Part shown: positions 49,903-60,502 of the stretch, one piece after another
Position numbering within the stretch: position 1 is the first letter of the stretch
Layout: the number at the start of each line of letters is the position of its first letter
DNA from: Nitrosopumilus sp.
Lineage (GTDB): Archaea; Thermoproteota; Nitrososphaeria; Nitrososphaerales; Nitrosopumilaceae
DNA length: 64,000 nt
Assembly: GCA_965205215.1 (NCBI GenBank)
Contig: OZ242041.1
Span: 672,001-736,000, forward strand
Direction of reading: 5' to 3'
The notes under the pieces: generated by a model
Told to the model about the DNA's origin: nothing
The model's database searches: none
What the model saw: only the letters and a program-made list of their open reading frames with translations
Position numbers and translations under genes: made by a program

Positions 49903-51260
49903 TTATCATAAACGTGGAGCCACTCGAGGCCGCGGTCGGGCGCCCCCGCGCGGTTCCGCCTCCCCAGCCTCTGTGCGGGCCTGGTCAGGTGGCGCTGGGC
50001 TCCCGCGTCCGGAATGTACAGCCCGGTCCTCACCGCGCGGTCCCTTCTCACCTCCACCTTTGACGCCGCGCGGCTGTCCTCGCACCTGGCGCACTCGAAT
50101 CCCTGGCCCACCCCCTTTGACTTCATCCTCTTGCCGCATGCGGGGCACGCGGGGTTTGCGAGGTACGAGTCGTCGGCAAGCGATATGACCTCGATGTACT
50201 CTGCGTTGAGCACCCTCTGGTGGCCCTTTGAGGCCTTCCGGACGCCGCCTCCCACGCGCACCTCGTCGCCGGCCGCGAGGCGGCGGGCCACGCCCGTCAT
50301 CCCGGTGGGCTTGTACACGGCGCACCTGACTCTCGGCAGTCGCTGCTGTTGCTGTTGCTGCTGCCCCCCCGACTCCACCTCGAAGAACACGTGCCCGCCG
50401 CGCTCCGCTATGGGACTGTCGGTCACCGTGCCGCGTATCCACCCGGACGCAAAGGGCCTCATGGACTCTCCCGTCAGCTCGTTGCGCAGGTGCGCGCCCG
50501 TCCCCTGGTTCGTTCGGAAGACCATGTACCCCAGCGGGGACTCGTCGCTCCTGATCATCCGCGAGGCGGCCACAAGCGAGGCGGCGTCCTCGCCGCGTAT
50601 CCCGTAAAACACGGGGTCCGGCCCCCGCGGCGTGATCAGCACCCGGCCGCTTCCCTCGTCATAGCTGTTGAACGTGCTGGGAAACGTGCGATCCTGCATA
50701 CTTTTTACGCTTGCAGGCGACACGACGCGCCTGGTCCCACACATCTCGGCGCGGCGGTACGAGAGCAGCTCCATCGTGTGGTCGTCCCACTGGTATCCGG
50801 TGGCGCCGATGGCCCCGACCAGCCCCTGGCCGTTCCCCATGTAGTGGATCTCCAGGCCGTTGTCCCTTGCAAAGCCCCTGGCGTCAGCCCTGCCTATGAG
50901 CTGCCAGAGCGCCAGCCGGCCGAACCCGGCAAGCGGCTCCGGCACGTCATCCCCCTCCCAGAACACCAGTCCGGGGTTTGCGCCGCGCGCGACGTCCGCG
51001 CGCTCGAAGACGGTCCTGCGTATCTCGTCCTTGACGCGCCCGGGATCGCCTGTCCTGATGCGCATGGACACCGCGCCGTTTCCCCGCGTCTTCCACGGGA
51101 CGTTGGGGTTGAACCTGACCAGCCTCGGATAGTCAAGAAACTCTGCCGCGCCCCCCCTCCGGAGCGACCCCGCAATCACGTACGCAAGGTACGTGGTGCA
51201 CATCCCCGCGCGCGAGTCCGTGTCGTCAAACCCCACGTTGAGAGTGACATCCGAGCCCAT
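49890..51260 (-). CDS. tiaS: tRNA(Ile2) agmatinylcytidine synthase
   Basis: GFDDTDS..GMCTTY, NPNVPWKTRGN, PDPVFYGIRG, TNQGT, C-terminal zinc ribbon. Confidence 0.95.
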   Translation of the reverse strand: MGSDVTLNVGFDDTDSRAGMCTTYLAYVIAGSLRRGGAAEFLDYPRLVRFNPNVPWKTRGNGAVSMRIRTGDPGRVKDEIRRTVFERADVARGANPGLVFWEGDDVPEPLAGFGRLALWQLIGRADARGFARDNGLEIHYMGNGQGLVGAIGATGYQWDDHTMELLSYRRAEMCGTRRVVSPASVKSMQDRTFPSTFNSYDEGSGRVLITPRGPDPVFYGIRGEDAASLVAASRMIRSDESPLGYMVFRTNQGTGAHLRNELTGESMRPFASGWIRGTVTDSPIAERGGHVFFEVESGGQQQQQQQRLPRVRCAVYKPTGMTGVARRLAAGDEVRVGGGVRKASKGHQRVLNAEYIEVISLADDSYLANPACPACGKRMKSKGVGQGFECARCEDSRAASKVEVRRDRAVRTGLYIPDAGAQRHLTRPAQRLGRRNRAGAPDRGLEWLHVYDNSGE

Positions 51261-51365
51261 CGCCAGAGCTTGGGGAGGCGCATCATTTAGGTTGTTGTGG
51301 CAATGGCGGCAGCCGCAGCAGCGACCGCGGCATTCCTTTAAATTAATACGGGCGGTGCGTACCGC

Positions 51366-52376
51366 ATGATATCCGTAGACCTCGACAGGATCTTCCGCGT
51401 AATACGGGACAGGCGCCCCGCGTCGGTCTCGCTGAACGGCCCCGACGGTATGCTGCCGCAGGTGCAGGACGCCGCGGAGCGCATAGCAGCGGAGTTTGGC
51501 ATACCCGCGTACGTCATGGCCGACACCACGTGGGGCACCTGCGACCTGAACTCCAACGGGGCAAGGACGCTCGGCGCCGAGATCCACTTTAACATCGGGC
51601 ACACGATAAACTCCGAGACCATTCCGGGCAGCGAGAACACCGTGCTGATAGACGCGTTTGACGACGTATCGTTTGATGCTGTCGCCTCCAAATGCGCCGA
51701 GAAGCTGCGGGGCATGACCGCATCCCTCGTGACGGACAGCCAGCACCTGCGCCAGCTGGGCCGCGTCAAGAAGATACTCGAGGAGGGCGGCGTCGGCGTG
51801 GTGATCGGCGGGGGCTCCGGGCAGCTCAACGACGGCCAGGTGTTCGGGTGCGAGTTCTATCCTGCCCGAGAGGCGGCCGCGGACGGCGCAGCGGACGCGC
51901 ACGTGTTCCTGGGGCAGAGCAACTTTCACGCGGCGGGAATCGCGCTTGCCACCGGGCTGCCCACCTACGTGCTTGACCCGTACTTTGGCGAGGTGCGTGA
52001 GGTGTCCGAGTTTGCCCAGAAACTGAAGCGCAGGGCGACCCTAGCCGTGTACAAGGCCGCCGAGGCCAAAACGTTCGGGGTCATAGTGGGCCTCAAGGAG
52101 GGGCAGCTCTCAAAGACGTTCGCGCTGAAGATCAAGAGGGAGCTGGAGGGCGAGGGCAGGAAGGTGCACCTGTTTGCCATGACCGACATCACAAACGAGC
52201 GGCTGGCCAACATACGGGGGGTGGACGCGTTCGTGCAGGTGGCCTGCCCCCGCATATCGACTGACAACAAGTTTGACAGGCCCGTCCTGTCCACCCCGCA
52301 GGCCAGGATGCTGCTCCGGGTGATCCGCGGCGGGCAGGCCGACGAGAACTACATGCAGATTCCGCACTGGCTGTGA
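51366..52376 (+). CDS. dph2: diphthamide biosynthesis protein Dph2
   Basis: WGTCD, GQVFGC, ACPRI. Confidence 0.93.
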   Translation: MISVDLDRIFRVIRDRRPASVSLNGPDGMLPQVQDAAERIAAEFGIPAYVMADTTWGTCDLNSNGARTLGAEIHFNIGHTINSETIPGSENTVLIDAFDDVSFDAVASKCAEKLRGMTASLVTDSQHLRQLGRVKKILEEGGVGVVIGGGSGQLNDGQVFGCEFYPAREAAADGAADAHVFLGQSNFHAAGIALATGLPTYVLDPYFGEVREVSEFAQKLKRRATLAVYKAAEAKTFGVIVGLKEGQLSKTFALKIKRELEGEGRKVHLFAMTDITNERLANIRGVDAFVQVACPRISTDNKFDRPVLSTPQARMLLRVIRGGQADENYMQIPHWL

Positions 52377-52416
52377 CGCCGCAGTCGTTCCGGCGCGAGC
52401 CTGCTGACAAGTCCGG

Positions 52417-53529
52417 CTAGCCGCCGGACTCGGGCTCGGGGCTGGGCGCTTGGCGCATGTGTGGCTTTATCAGGATCTTTCCAAACAGCCCCCTGCCCTC
52501 CAGCATCCTCCGGTGCGCGCTGGCCGCGTCGTCGAGCGGAAACACAGAGTCTATCATCGAGCGTATCTTTTTCCTGGACATCCAGTACAGCCCCCGCTCA
52601 AGCTCGGCCCTGGTCCCCTGCGTCGAGCCCAGTATGCTTATCCCCTTGAAGAATATGTGCCTCAGGTCCGTCGGCGCGTCGTACCCTGTGGTGGCCCCCG
52701 TGGTGACTATGGTCCCCCCGTAGTTGAGCAGCCCGAGCTCCTTTTTCCAGTGCGAGCCCCCGACGTGCTCGAATATCACGTCGACTCCCGGCGGCTCCCC
52801 GTTCTGCTTTGGCATGCCGCCCGCGATGCGGCGCACCTCCCTGTGCCAGTCCTCCCTGCGGTGGTCCACCGCGTGGTCGGCCCCGAGCTCCAGGAGCCTG
52901 CCGAGCTTCTCGGCGCTTGCAGTCGCAATGACGCGGCATCCGAACAGCTTTGCGATCTGTATGCCGTAGCTTCCGACCCCCGAGGCCCCGCCCATCACCA
53001 GCACTATCTGGCCCGGGCGCACTGCCGCCCTGCCCACCAGCATGTGCCACGAGGTCAGGAGCGTCATCGAGGCCGCGGCCGCGTCGTCGTACGTGACGCC
53101 GTCCGGTATCGGGACCGCGTTTGACTCCGGCAGCCTAGAGTACTCGCAGTACCCGCCCCACAGCGGGCCGGTCTCAAAGCCCCAGATGCGCCTGTTCCTG
53201 CAGTCGTACTCCCTTCCGCTCGTGCACCTTCTGCAGGTGCGGCACGACAGGTTCCCGTGCGAGACTATCCTGTCCCCCGGCTTTACGGTTGTGACGTCGG
53301 GGCCCACCGCCGTCACCCTGCCCGCCGCGTCGCTGCCTGATATGTGGGGCAGCGGCACTGCCAGGGGCTTGCCCCTCATGCCCCATATGTCGTCGTAGTT
53401 GAGGGCGGCCGCCTCCACCCTGAACACCACGTCGCGGGGGCCCGGCTCCGGGTCGGGGACGTCCCTGACGTTGAGGATCGACGCAAAGTCGTCATTCTCG
53501 GCGTACCTGTCGTATACGAGGGCCCTCAT
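52417..53529 (-). CDS. zinc-binding alcohol dehydrogenase/quinone oxidoreductase
   Basis: CRTCRRC..C structural Zn site, GGASGVG, GKILI. Confidence 0.9.
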   Translation of the reverse strand: MRALVYDRYAENDDFASILNVRDVPDPEPGPRDVVFRVEAAALNYDDIWGMRGKPLAVPLPHISGSDAAGRVTAVGPDVTTVKPGDRIVSHGNLSCRTCRRCTSGREYDCRNRRIWGFETGPLWGGYCEYSRLPESNAVPIPDGVTYDDAAAASMTLLTSWHMLVGRAAVRPGQIVLVMGGASGVGSYGIQIAKLFGCRVIATASAEKLGRLLELGADHAVDHRREDWHREVRRIAGGMPKQNGEPPGVDVIFEHVGGSHWKKELGLLNYGGTIVTTGATTGYDAPTDLRHIFFKGISILGSTQGTRAELERGLYWMSRKKIRSMIDSVFPLDDAASAHRRMLEGRGLFGKILIKPHMRQAPSPEPESGG

Positions 53530-53654
53530 GACTCGTCTCGTATGTATGCCGATTATATGGATTCTGAGGCCTGCTAGAGGCCCTTGGGCGGGCCCGGGGC
53601 CGGTTCGCCCCGTCGCCGACAAACAATTATAATCATACTGTCCCAAGCGGCCGC

Positions 53655-54284
53655 ATGGCTGCAGCGGCAACTACGGCGGGGAGCGCATCTGTGATACTTC
53701 CCGGCGACGGCATAGCCTCCATAGAGGAGTACGAGGCCGGCGCGAACACGTTTGATGACGGCGACATGGTAAGGGCCGCCACGGTCGGCGAAAAGATCAT
53801 AGACCGCGAGACGTGGACGGCAAGCATCAGGCACCCCAGGGTGTTCTCCGTTCCCAGGAAGGGCGATGCCGTGATAGGCACGGTAGCGGCCGTGATGTCC
53901 TCCATGATGGCAATCCGCATCGACTACATCAACGGCAAGCCGACGACCTCAAAGGTCGAGTGCATATGCTCCACGCGCAACATACGCAGAAAGAACGTGG
54001 CGCTCGTGGGAGACGTGGTTGCCCTGAAGATACTCGGAAGCCTCAACGGCGCCATACACAGCACTATGAGCGCGCCCGAGCTCGGCGTCGTGTTTACAAA
54101 GTGCCGCAAGTGCGGCGGCTCCGTCGTGCCGCTTCGGGACGTAATCAAATGTACTGAATGCTCGTGGATAGACGAGCGCAAGCTCTCAAACAGGCTCAAC
54201 AACGGTGACTTTGTAAGCCCGGAGCTGGCAGCCGACCCCGCCGCCCCGCGCGACGCAAAGAGCGGCAGCGATGCCTCGGGGTGA
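53655..54284 (+). CDS. csl4: exosome RNA-binding protein Csl4
   Basis: VILPGD..IEEY, S1 domain, LGVV..C..C, E.RKLS. Confidence 0.9.
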   Translation: MAAAATTAGSASVILPGDGIASIEEYEAGANTFDDGDMVRAATVGEKIIDRETWTASIRHPRVFSVPRKGDAVIGTVAAVMSSMMAIRIDYINGKPTTSKVECICSTRNIRRKNVALVGDVVALKILGSLNGAIHSTMSAPELGVVFTKCRKCGGSVVPLRDVIKCTECSWIDERKLSNRLNNGDFVSPELAADPAAPRDAKSGSDASG

Positions 54285-55185
54285 GCGCGCCACGTCACCC
54301 GCCACCGATGACGGCGACAGCGACACGATCCGGGTCTCGTTCCCGGGCGAGCATGGCGCGTACAGCGAGGCGGCAGCAACATCATTCTTTGCGGGAAAGA
54401 AGGTGGTGGAAACCGTGCCACACCTCACCTTTGCGGCGGCGATAAGCGGCACGGTGGACGGCGACACGGACTATACCATACTGCCGGTGGAGAACTCGAT
54501 AGAGGGAAGCGTCGGCGAGAGCTACGACCTGCTCACCTCCACCCCGCTCGTGGCCGCCGGCGAGATGCACCACCGGATAAGGCACTGCCTCATAGGGTAC
54601 GGCCGGATCTCCGACGTAAGGCAGGTGTGGTCGCACCCGCAGGCCCTGGGGCAGTGCCGGAGGTTCCTTGAGGGGCGCGGGATGAGGGCGGTCCCCGCGT
54701 ACGACACGGCGGGCAGCATCAAGAACGTCAGGGATACAAAGGACCGGGAGGTTGCCGGGATCGCAAGCAAGGAGGCGGCCGAGCTGTACGGGGTGCCCGT
54801 AATCGCGGAGGACATCGCGGACAACTCGAGCAACTACACGAGGTTCCTGATACTGGCCGCGCGGGGCCGTGACACGTCGGGCCTGGCGCCCCCGCCAGGT
54901 GCGGGCGGCACCGCCGCGTACAAGACCTCGATAATACTCTCCCTAAAGCACGAGCCGGGCTCGCTCTACCGCGTCATCAAGAACTTTTACGAGAACGACG
55001 TCAACATGACGAAGATAGAGTCGAGGCCCACACGCGGAAACGCGTGGGAGTACAACTTTTACGTCGACTTTGAGGGGCATGCGGAGGACCCCCGGATAGC
55101 CGGCATGCTGGAGAGGATATGCAGCGACTCGTCCGTGCGCGTGCTCGGGTCGTACCCGTCCGCCGCGCCGCCCCCCGTCGAGTGA
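54271..55185 (+). CDS. pheA: prephenate dehydratase
   Basis: GAYSE, PVENSIEG, SHPQAL.QC, NYTRF, IESRP. Confidence 0.95.
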   Translation: MPRGERATSPATDDGDSDTIRVSFPGEHGAYSEAAATSFFAGKKVVETVPHLTFAAAISGTVDGDTDYTILPVENSIEGSVGESYDLLTSTPLVAAGEMHHRIRHCLIGYGRISDVRQVWSHPQALGQCRRFLEGRGMRAVPAYDTAGSIKNVRDTKDREVAGIASKEAAELYGVPVIAEDIADNSSNYTRFLILAARGRDTSGLAPPPGAGGTAAYKTSIILSLKHEPGSLYRVIKNFYENDVNMTKIESRPTRGNAWEYNFYVDFEGHAEDPRIAGMLERICSDSSVRVLGSYPSAAPPPVE

Positions 55186-55653
55186 TCAGAACCCCTTGGG
55201 CCTTCTGGCCGCAAAGCCCATGCTGAACCCTATGATTATGATCCCGGATATGATCACCATGAAGTCGAACGCGATCCATATGGGGTCCGAGCTTCTCACG
55301 ATGACCGGGTTTATCTGCAGGTCGCCGCCGCCGGTGTTCTTGATGCGTATGGTGGTGTCGCCGGACTCTGCGTGCGTCCACGACAGGGTGGTAGGGCCGC
55401 GGTATTCCGCGTTTGGAATCTGCAGCCCGCCGCCGGGGCTCGACAGCGTGACGTTGAAGCGGTCGCCGGTTATGCCCATAGTCTGGGCCGTGTTCTCGGG
55501 CGCCGGTATGAGATACGACACTGACTCGCCTGGCAGGACGGTGTACTCCTCCGTAACCGTGATGGGGCCCAGGTGCATGACGAGGGCCGTGGCGCCTATC
55601 CCTATGATTACGCTGCCGACTACCACGCCGATGATCGTAATCTTTGACCACAT
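55186..55653 (-). CDS. conserved membrane protein
   Basis: N- and C-terminal TM helices around a beta domain. Confidence 0.75.
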   Translation of the reverse strand: MWSKITIIGVVVGSVIIGIGATALVMHLGPITVTEEYTVLPGESVSYLIPAPENTAQTMGITGDRFNVTLSSPGGGLQIPNAEYRGPTTLSWTHAESGDTTIRIKNTGGGDLQINPVIVRSSDPIWIAFDFMVIISGIIIIGFSMGFAARRPKGF

Positions 55654-55763
55654 GCGTGTGATCCGGCCGCTTCAAGATAAAAAGATTGGCAGGCGCCGGA
55701 GCCCGGCTCCCGGCATCGCGGTACCCTGTGCGGGCTGCCGCCTCCACCCCTCGTATCCGGGCA

Positions 55764-57200
55764 TCACATAAGCGAGACGTCGTGCGGGTTGCTCTCCGCA
55801 AACCCGGCCCTTGACATCTTGACGAACTCGGCGTTCTGCTGCATCTGCGGTATGGTGTGCGCCCCGCAGTAGCTCAGCCCGGAGCGCAGCCCACCTGCAA
55901 GCTGCTTTAGTATGTCCGTGACGCCCCCCTTGTAGGGCACCATCGCCTCCACGCCCTCCGCCACGTAGTCGTTGAGGTCGTCGTCAAGCGACACGTATCC
56001 TGTCTCCTTTGACTTGCGCCCTATGGACGCGGCGAGCGACGCCATGCCCCTGTACACCTTGAACCTCTTGCCGTTCTTTGTCAGTACCGTCCCCGGGGAC
56101 TCGTCGGTTCCGCCCAGCATGCTGCCCACCATCACGGAAGAGGCCCCGGCCGCGAGCGCCTTTGTGGCGTCGCCGGACGTGCGGGTGCCCCCGTCTGATA
56201 TTATCGGAACGTCGTTCTCCCGGCCCACCTTGGCGCAGTCGATCACCGCGGTCAGCTGCGGCACGCCGGATCCCGTAATCACCCTGGTGATGCATATCGA
56301 GCCGGAGCCCACCCCGACCTTTACGGCGTCGACGCCGGCCTTTATCAGGTCCTGTGTGCCCTGCGCGGTGGCCACGTTCCCCGCGATCAGCTCGCAGTCG
56401 GGGAACGCCTTTTTGATGTTGCGCACCGTGCCCATCGCGTTCTCGCTGTGGCCGTGCGCTATGTCCACCACCAGGACGTCGGCGCCCGCCTCTAGCAGGG
56501 CCTCGCTCCTCTCCATAAAGTCGCCCTTTACGCCGACTGCCGCCCCGACGAGGGGCCTGCCCTTGCCGTCGACTGACATGTTGGGATAGTCCGACGTGTT
56601 GATTATGTCGCGGGACGTGACAAGCCCGCACACTGTACCCTTCTCGTCCAGTATGGGGAGCTTTTCTATGCGGTTGTCGTGGAGTATCCTCTTTGCCTCG
56701 TCCAACCCCACCCCGGGGCCCGCCGTCACCACGTCCTTGGTCATCACGTCGCGGACACTGTCGGCAGGATCCGCAAAGAGGATGTCGCGCCCCGTGATGA
56801 TGCCCTCCAGCCTCCCCGTGCCCTTGTCAAGGACGAGCAGCCCGGACACCTGCTTGTCCTCCGAGTACTCGCGGGCTTCTTGCACCGTCCTGTCGGCCGA
56901 TATCGTGTAGGGGTGCTCTATCATGACACTGCCTGAGCGCTTTGCCCTGAGCACCTCTTCTGTCTGGTCCGCTATGGACAGGAAGCGGTGTATTATCCCT
57001 ATCCCGCCCGCCCTGGACATGGCGACTGCCATTGCAGACTCCGTTACGGTGTCCATGTTGGCGCTCACAAACGGCATGTTCAGCGTTATGTTGCGCGAGA
57101 GCTTGGTGGTAAGGTCGGTCTGCGACCTGCTTGTTATGTCAGAGTACTTGGGAACCAGCAGGACGTCGTCAAATGTCAGTCCCTCCCTGAACTCCGCCAA
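55764..57200 (-). CDS. guaB: IMP dehydrogenase
   Basis: LTFDDVLL, MDTVTE, CBS pair, GSGSICITR, YRGMAS. Confidence 0.97.
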   Translation of the reverse strand: MAEFREGLTFDDVLLVPKYSDITSRSQTDLTTKLSRNITLNMPFVSANMDTVTESAMAVAMSRAGGIGIIHRFLSIADQTEEVLRAKRSGSVMIEHPYTISADRTVQEAREYSEDKQVSGLLVLDKGTGRLEGIITGRDILFADPADSVRDVMTKDVVTAGPGVGLDEAKRILHDNRIEKLPILDEKGTVCGLVTSRDIINTSDYPNMSVDGKGRPLVGAAVGVKGDFMERSEALLEAGADVLVVDIAHGHSENAMGTVRNIKKAFPDCELIAGNVATAQGTQDLIKAGVDAVKVGVGSGSICITRVITGSGVPQLTAVIDCAKVGRENDVPIISDGGTRTSGDATKALAAGASSVMVGSMLGGTDESPGTVLTKNGKRFKVYRGMASLAASIGRKSKETGYVSLDDDLNDYVAEGVEAMVPYKGGVTDILKQLAGGLRSGLSYCGAHTIPQMQQNAEFVKMSRAGFAESNPHDVSLM

Positions 57201-57307
57201 TGAAACCCTGCTTGGATGCCTTGGATGCGATTATAAGTTTTGTGAGTTGCCTGCGCCTGCATATGCCGCGATAATGGCGGCGGGATCAACACGTTGTGCG
57301 CGGCGGG

Positions 57308-58417
57308 TCAGATCTTGCCTATCTTGTACAGCATCTCTGCCAGCAGGACGGCCCCCTTGCCTGACCCCATCTTTTTGTTGTGCGAGAACAGCATATACTT
57401 TAGGCCGTTCTCGAACAGCTCCTCCTTCTCGACCCTGCCGACGGTGGTGGTCATGCCGCCTCCCACCGAGCGCTCCATGCGGGGCTGCGGCCTGGTGGGA
57501 TCCTCGTGGAACGCATAGTACTCGTCGGGCGCCGACGGCAACCCCTCCGTTGACACGCTCCTGTTGTAGTCCTCGTATGCCTGCTTTGCGCGCTGGGGGT
57601 CGATCTCGCTCTTGGTCTCCACGAACACGGACTCCGTGTGACCGTCGACTACGGGCACCCTGGTGCACGTGCAGCTTATCCTGATGTCCGCGTCCTCTAT
57701 CCTCTCCCCGTTGAGGGTGCCCAGTATCTTGCGGGTCTCGAGCTTTACCTTTCCCTCCTCCTTGGGGATCCACGGCAGGATGTTGTCGGTGATGCCCATC
57801 GCCGAGACGCCGGTCTTGCCGCCGCCGGATATGGCCTGCATCGAGGTCATCATGACGCGGTCGACGCCGTACTTGTCATATAGCGGCTTTAGCGTGATTG
57901 CCAGACCCGTGGTGGTGCAGTTGGGAAGCGGGGCCACCCATCCGTTCCAGCCGCGGTTCTTGCTCTGCACCTCGAGCAGGTCGGCCTGGGCGTCGTTGAT
58001 GCCAGGTATGAGTATGGGAACGTCCTCCTCGTACCTGTACGCCGAGCTGGTCGATATGACCGGCAGCAGGGCCGCCATCTTGGTCTCGATGTCGCGGGCA
58101 GCCTGCGACTCTACTGCGGAGAATACCAGGTCAAGGCTTGACGTGTCGATCTCGTCTATGGAGCGCACCGTCATCGACTTGATGTACTCCGGTATCGGGC
58201 CCTCGACGTCCCACGCTATGATGCCGCCCGCGTTCCTTATGGCGTCCAGATAGTTCTTGCCCGCGGAGCGCTCTGACGCGGCAATCTGCGTGACCTCAAA
58301 CCACGGGTGGTTCTCTAGGGACTGGACGAACTCCTGTCCGACCGAGCCCGTGACGCCTATTATGGCTACCCGCTTCTTTCCGCCATTAGGGGACTGCTGC
58401 CGCTGCTGCTCTTCCAT
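57308..58417 (-). CDS. asd: aspartate-semialdehyde dehydrogenase
   Basis: GVTGSVG, PNCTT, QAISGGG, CTRVPVVDGH. Confidence 0.95.
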   Translation of the reverse strand: MEEQQRQQSPNGGKKRVAIIGVTGSVGQEFVQSLENHPWFEVTQIAASERSAGKNYLDAIRNAGGIIAWDVEGPIPEYIKSMTVRSIDEIDTSSLDLVFSAVESQAARDIETKMAALLPVISTSSAYRYEEDVPILIPGINDAQADLLEVQSKNRGWNGWVAPLPNCTTTGLAITLKPLYDKYGVDRVMMTSMQAISGGGKTGVSAMGITDNILPWIPKEEGKVKLETRKILGTLNGERIEDADIRISCTCTRVPVVDGHTESVFVETKSEIDPQRAKQAYEDYNRSVSTEGLPSAPDEYYAFHEDPTRPQPRMERSVGGGMTTTVGRVEKEELFENGLKYMLFSHNKKMGSGKGAVLLAEMLYKIGKI

Positions 58418-58509
58418 GTGTGCACGGGGATATTTTCTTTTAATAATCCTTTAGCCGTCCATATGCCCGCACTCCAAAAGACACTATACCATCCACGCCG
58501 CCACAATGG

Positions 58510-59623
58510 CATGGGCCGCGTACCACCCCGCATAGCCGGACACGTTGCTGTCAGGCACGGTGGCCGGCTGGCGTACGGGGCGGGATCCGGCATGGTAGAT
58601 TACAGCTCTAGCATCACGCCGCTTGGGACCCCGCCCGCGGTGGTGCGCGCGATCAGGGGGGCCGCCGGCACGGTCTCCGAGTACCCCGATCCCGGATCCG
58701 GCGCCCTGCTGGGGGCCCTGTCGCGGTATACGGGGCTGCCGCGCTCGAATTTGGTGGCCGGAAGCGGCGCGGTGGAGCTGATCTACGCCGCCGCGCACGC
58801 CTTTGGCGGGGGGAGGACGCTCGTGTGCGCCCCGACCTTTGGCGAGTACGAGGCGGCGGTGCGCATGTACCACGGCGGCTCGGGGATCGTGCGCCACGCG
58901 GGGAAGAAGAAGAAGAAGGATGCGTGGCTGTCCCCCACCGACATTGACGGGCTCGTAAGAAGGGTGCCGGACAACGGCATGGTGTTCCTGTGCAACCCCA
59001 ACAATCCCACCGGGGAGCTGCTGACGAGGAGGCAGGTGCGTGAGATACTTGACGCGGCGGCCTCCGCGGGCTCATGCCACGTGCTGGTCGACGAGTGTTT
59101 CATCGAGATGTCCCGGAGCCCGCGCGAGTCAGTCATGCCGTACGTGCGTAAGGAAAAGTATGGCAACCTCGTGGTGCTGCGCTCACTGACAAAGTCGTTC
59201 GGACTGCCCGGCATACGCGTCGGATACGCGGCCGCCGGCCGCGACGTGGCAGACATCATACGAAAGACGACGGTGCCGTGGAGCGTCAGCTGTCTGGCCG
59301 AGGCGGCCGGCGTGGCGGCCCTGAGGGACGCGCATACCATTCTCAGGAGGACGCGCGACGCGGTGCGGGCCGAGCTGCGGTATATGCAGGGGAGGCTGTC
59401 AAAGATACCGGGCGTCGAGTGCCGCGACACGGACGCGAACTTTGTCCTGGTGAAAACGAGGCTCGGGGCGCCGCGCCTGCAGAAACTGCTTGCCGGGAGG
59501 GGAATGCTCGTGAGGGACTGCTCTGACTTTGCAGGCCTTGACGGCCGCCACGTCAGGATCGCCATAAAGAGGCGCAGGGAGAACAGGATGCTTGCCGACG
59601 CGCTGGAGGATATCCTGCGATGA
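58510..59623 (+). CDS. cobD: L-threonine-O-3-phosphate decarboxylase
   Basis: HGG, DYSSSITP, NPNNPTG, DECF, RSLTKSFGLPGIRVG; leads cobalamin cluster; start uncertain. Confidence 0.85.
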
Positions 59624-60483
59624 AAAACATAATGGTGCAGGGAACCTCGTCGGGCGCGGGCAAGAGCGTGATTGCGGCCGCGCTGTGCAGGATACTCTCC
59701 GACATGGGGTACGCGGTGGCCCCGTTCAAGTCGCAGAACATGTCGCGGTACTCGTATGTGGCGCCCGGCGGGCGCCTGGAGGTCGCGTCGGCGCAGGCCG
59801 TGCAGGCGGCCGCGGCCCGCTGCGACATCACGCACGAGATGAACCCGATACTGCTCAAGCCCAGGGGGGACGGCACGAGCGCCGTGTACGTCAACGGCAC
59901 GATGCGCGACGTGATGGACGCATCCTCGTACTATGACGGGTTTGCCCTCGGCGACGGGCTGGCGGCCGCGTCAAGGGCGCTGCGGTCCCTGATGGAGAGG
60001 TTCGAGGTGGTGGTGCTAGAGGGCGCGGGATCCCCCGCCGAGGTCAACCTTGCCAAGTATGACATTGCGAACATGAGGATGGCCCACATGGCAGGCGACG
60101 CGCCCGTGCTGATCACGTGCGACGTGGACAGGGGGGGCGCGTTTGCATCGCTTGCCGGGACCATGCGCCTGCTGCCCGAGGACGATGCCCGGCTGGTCCG
60201 CGGGTTCATACTCAACAAGTTCCGCGGCGACGCGTCCATACTGGAGCCCGGGTACGCCGTCCTCCGCGACGTGACCGGCGTGCCGGTCGTGGGCACCGTC
60301 CCGATGATTGACGACATGGGCATACCCGACGAGGACTCGCTTGACAGGCGCCCCGGATCCCCCCGGTGGGACTCGGGGGAGCCACCGCCCGGGCTTCAGG
60401 CGGAGCTGGACAGGCTCGCGGGCCACGTAAGGGACAGCGTGGATGTGGACGCGGTAGTTAAGATGATATCTGAGGGGAAGTGA
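59620..60483 (+). CDS. cobQ: cobyric acid synthase, synthetase domain only
   Basis: QGTSSGAGKS, PFKSQNM, EGAGSPAEVN, NKFRGD, DEDS; ends before the GATase domain. Confidence 0.9.
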   Translation: MKNIMVQGTSSGAGKSVIAAALCRILSDMGYAVAPFKSQNMSRYSYVAPGGRLEVASAQAVQAAAARCDITHEMNPILLKPRGDGTSAVYVNGTMRDVMDASSYYDGFALGDGLAAASRALRSLMERFEVVVLEGAGSPAEVNLAKYDIANMRMAHMAGDAPVLITCDVDRGGAFASLAGTMRLLPEDDARLVRGFILNKFRGDASILEPGYAVLRDVTGVPVVGTVPMIDDMGIPDEDSLDRRPGSPRWDSGEPPPGLQAELDRLAGHVRDSVDVDAVVKMISEGK

Positions 60484-60502
60484 CAGGCGGGGTGGCGGGG
60501 TT

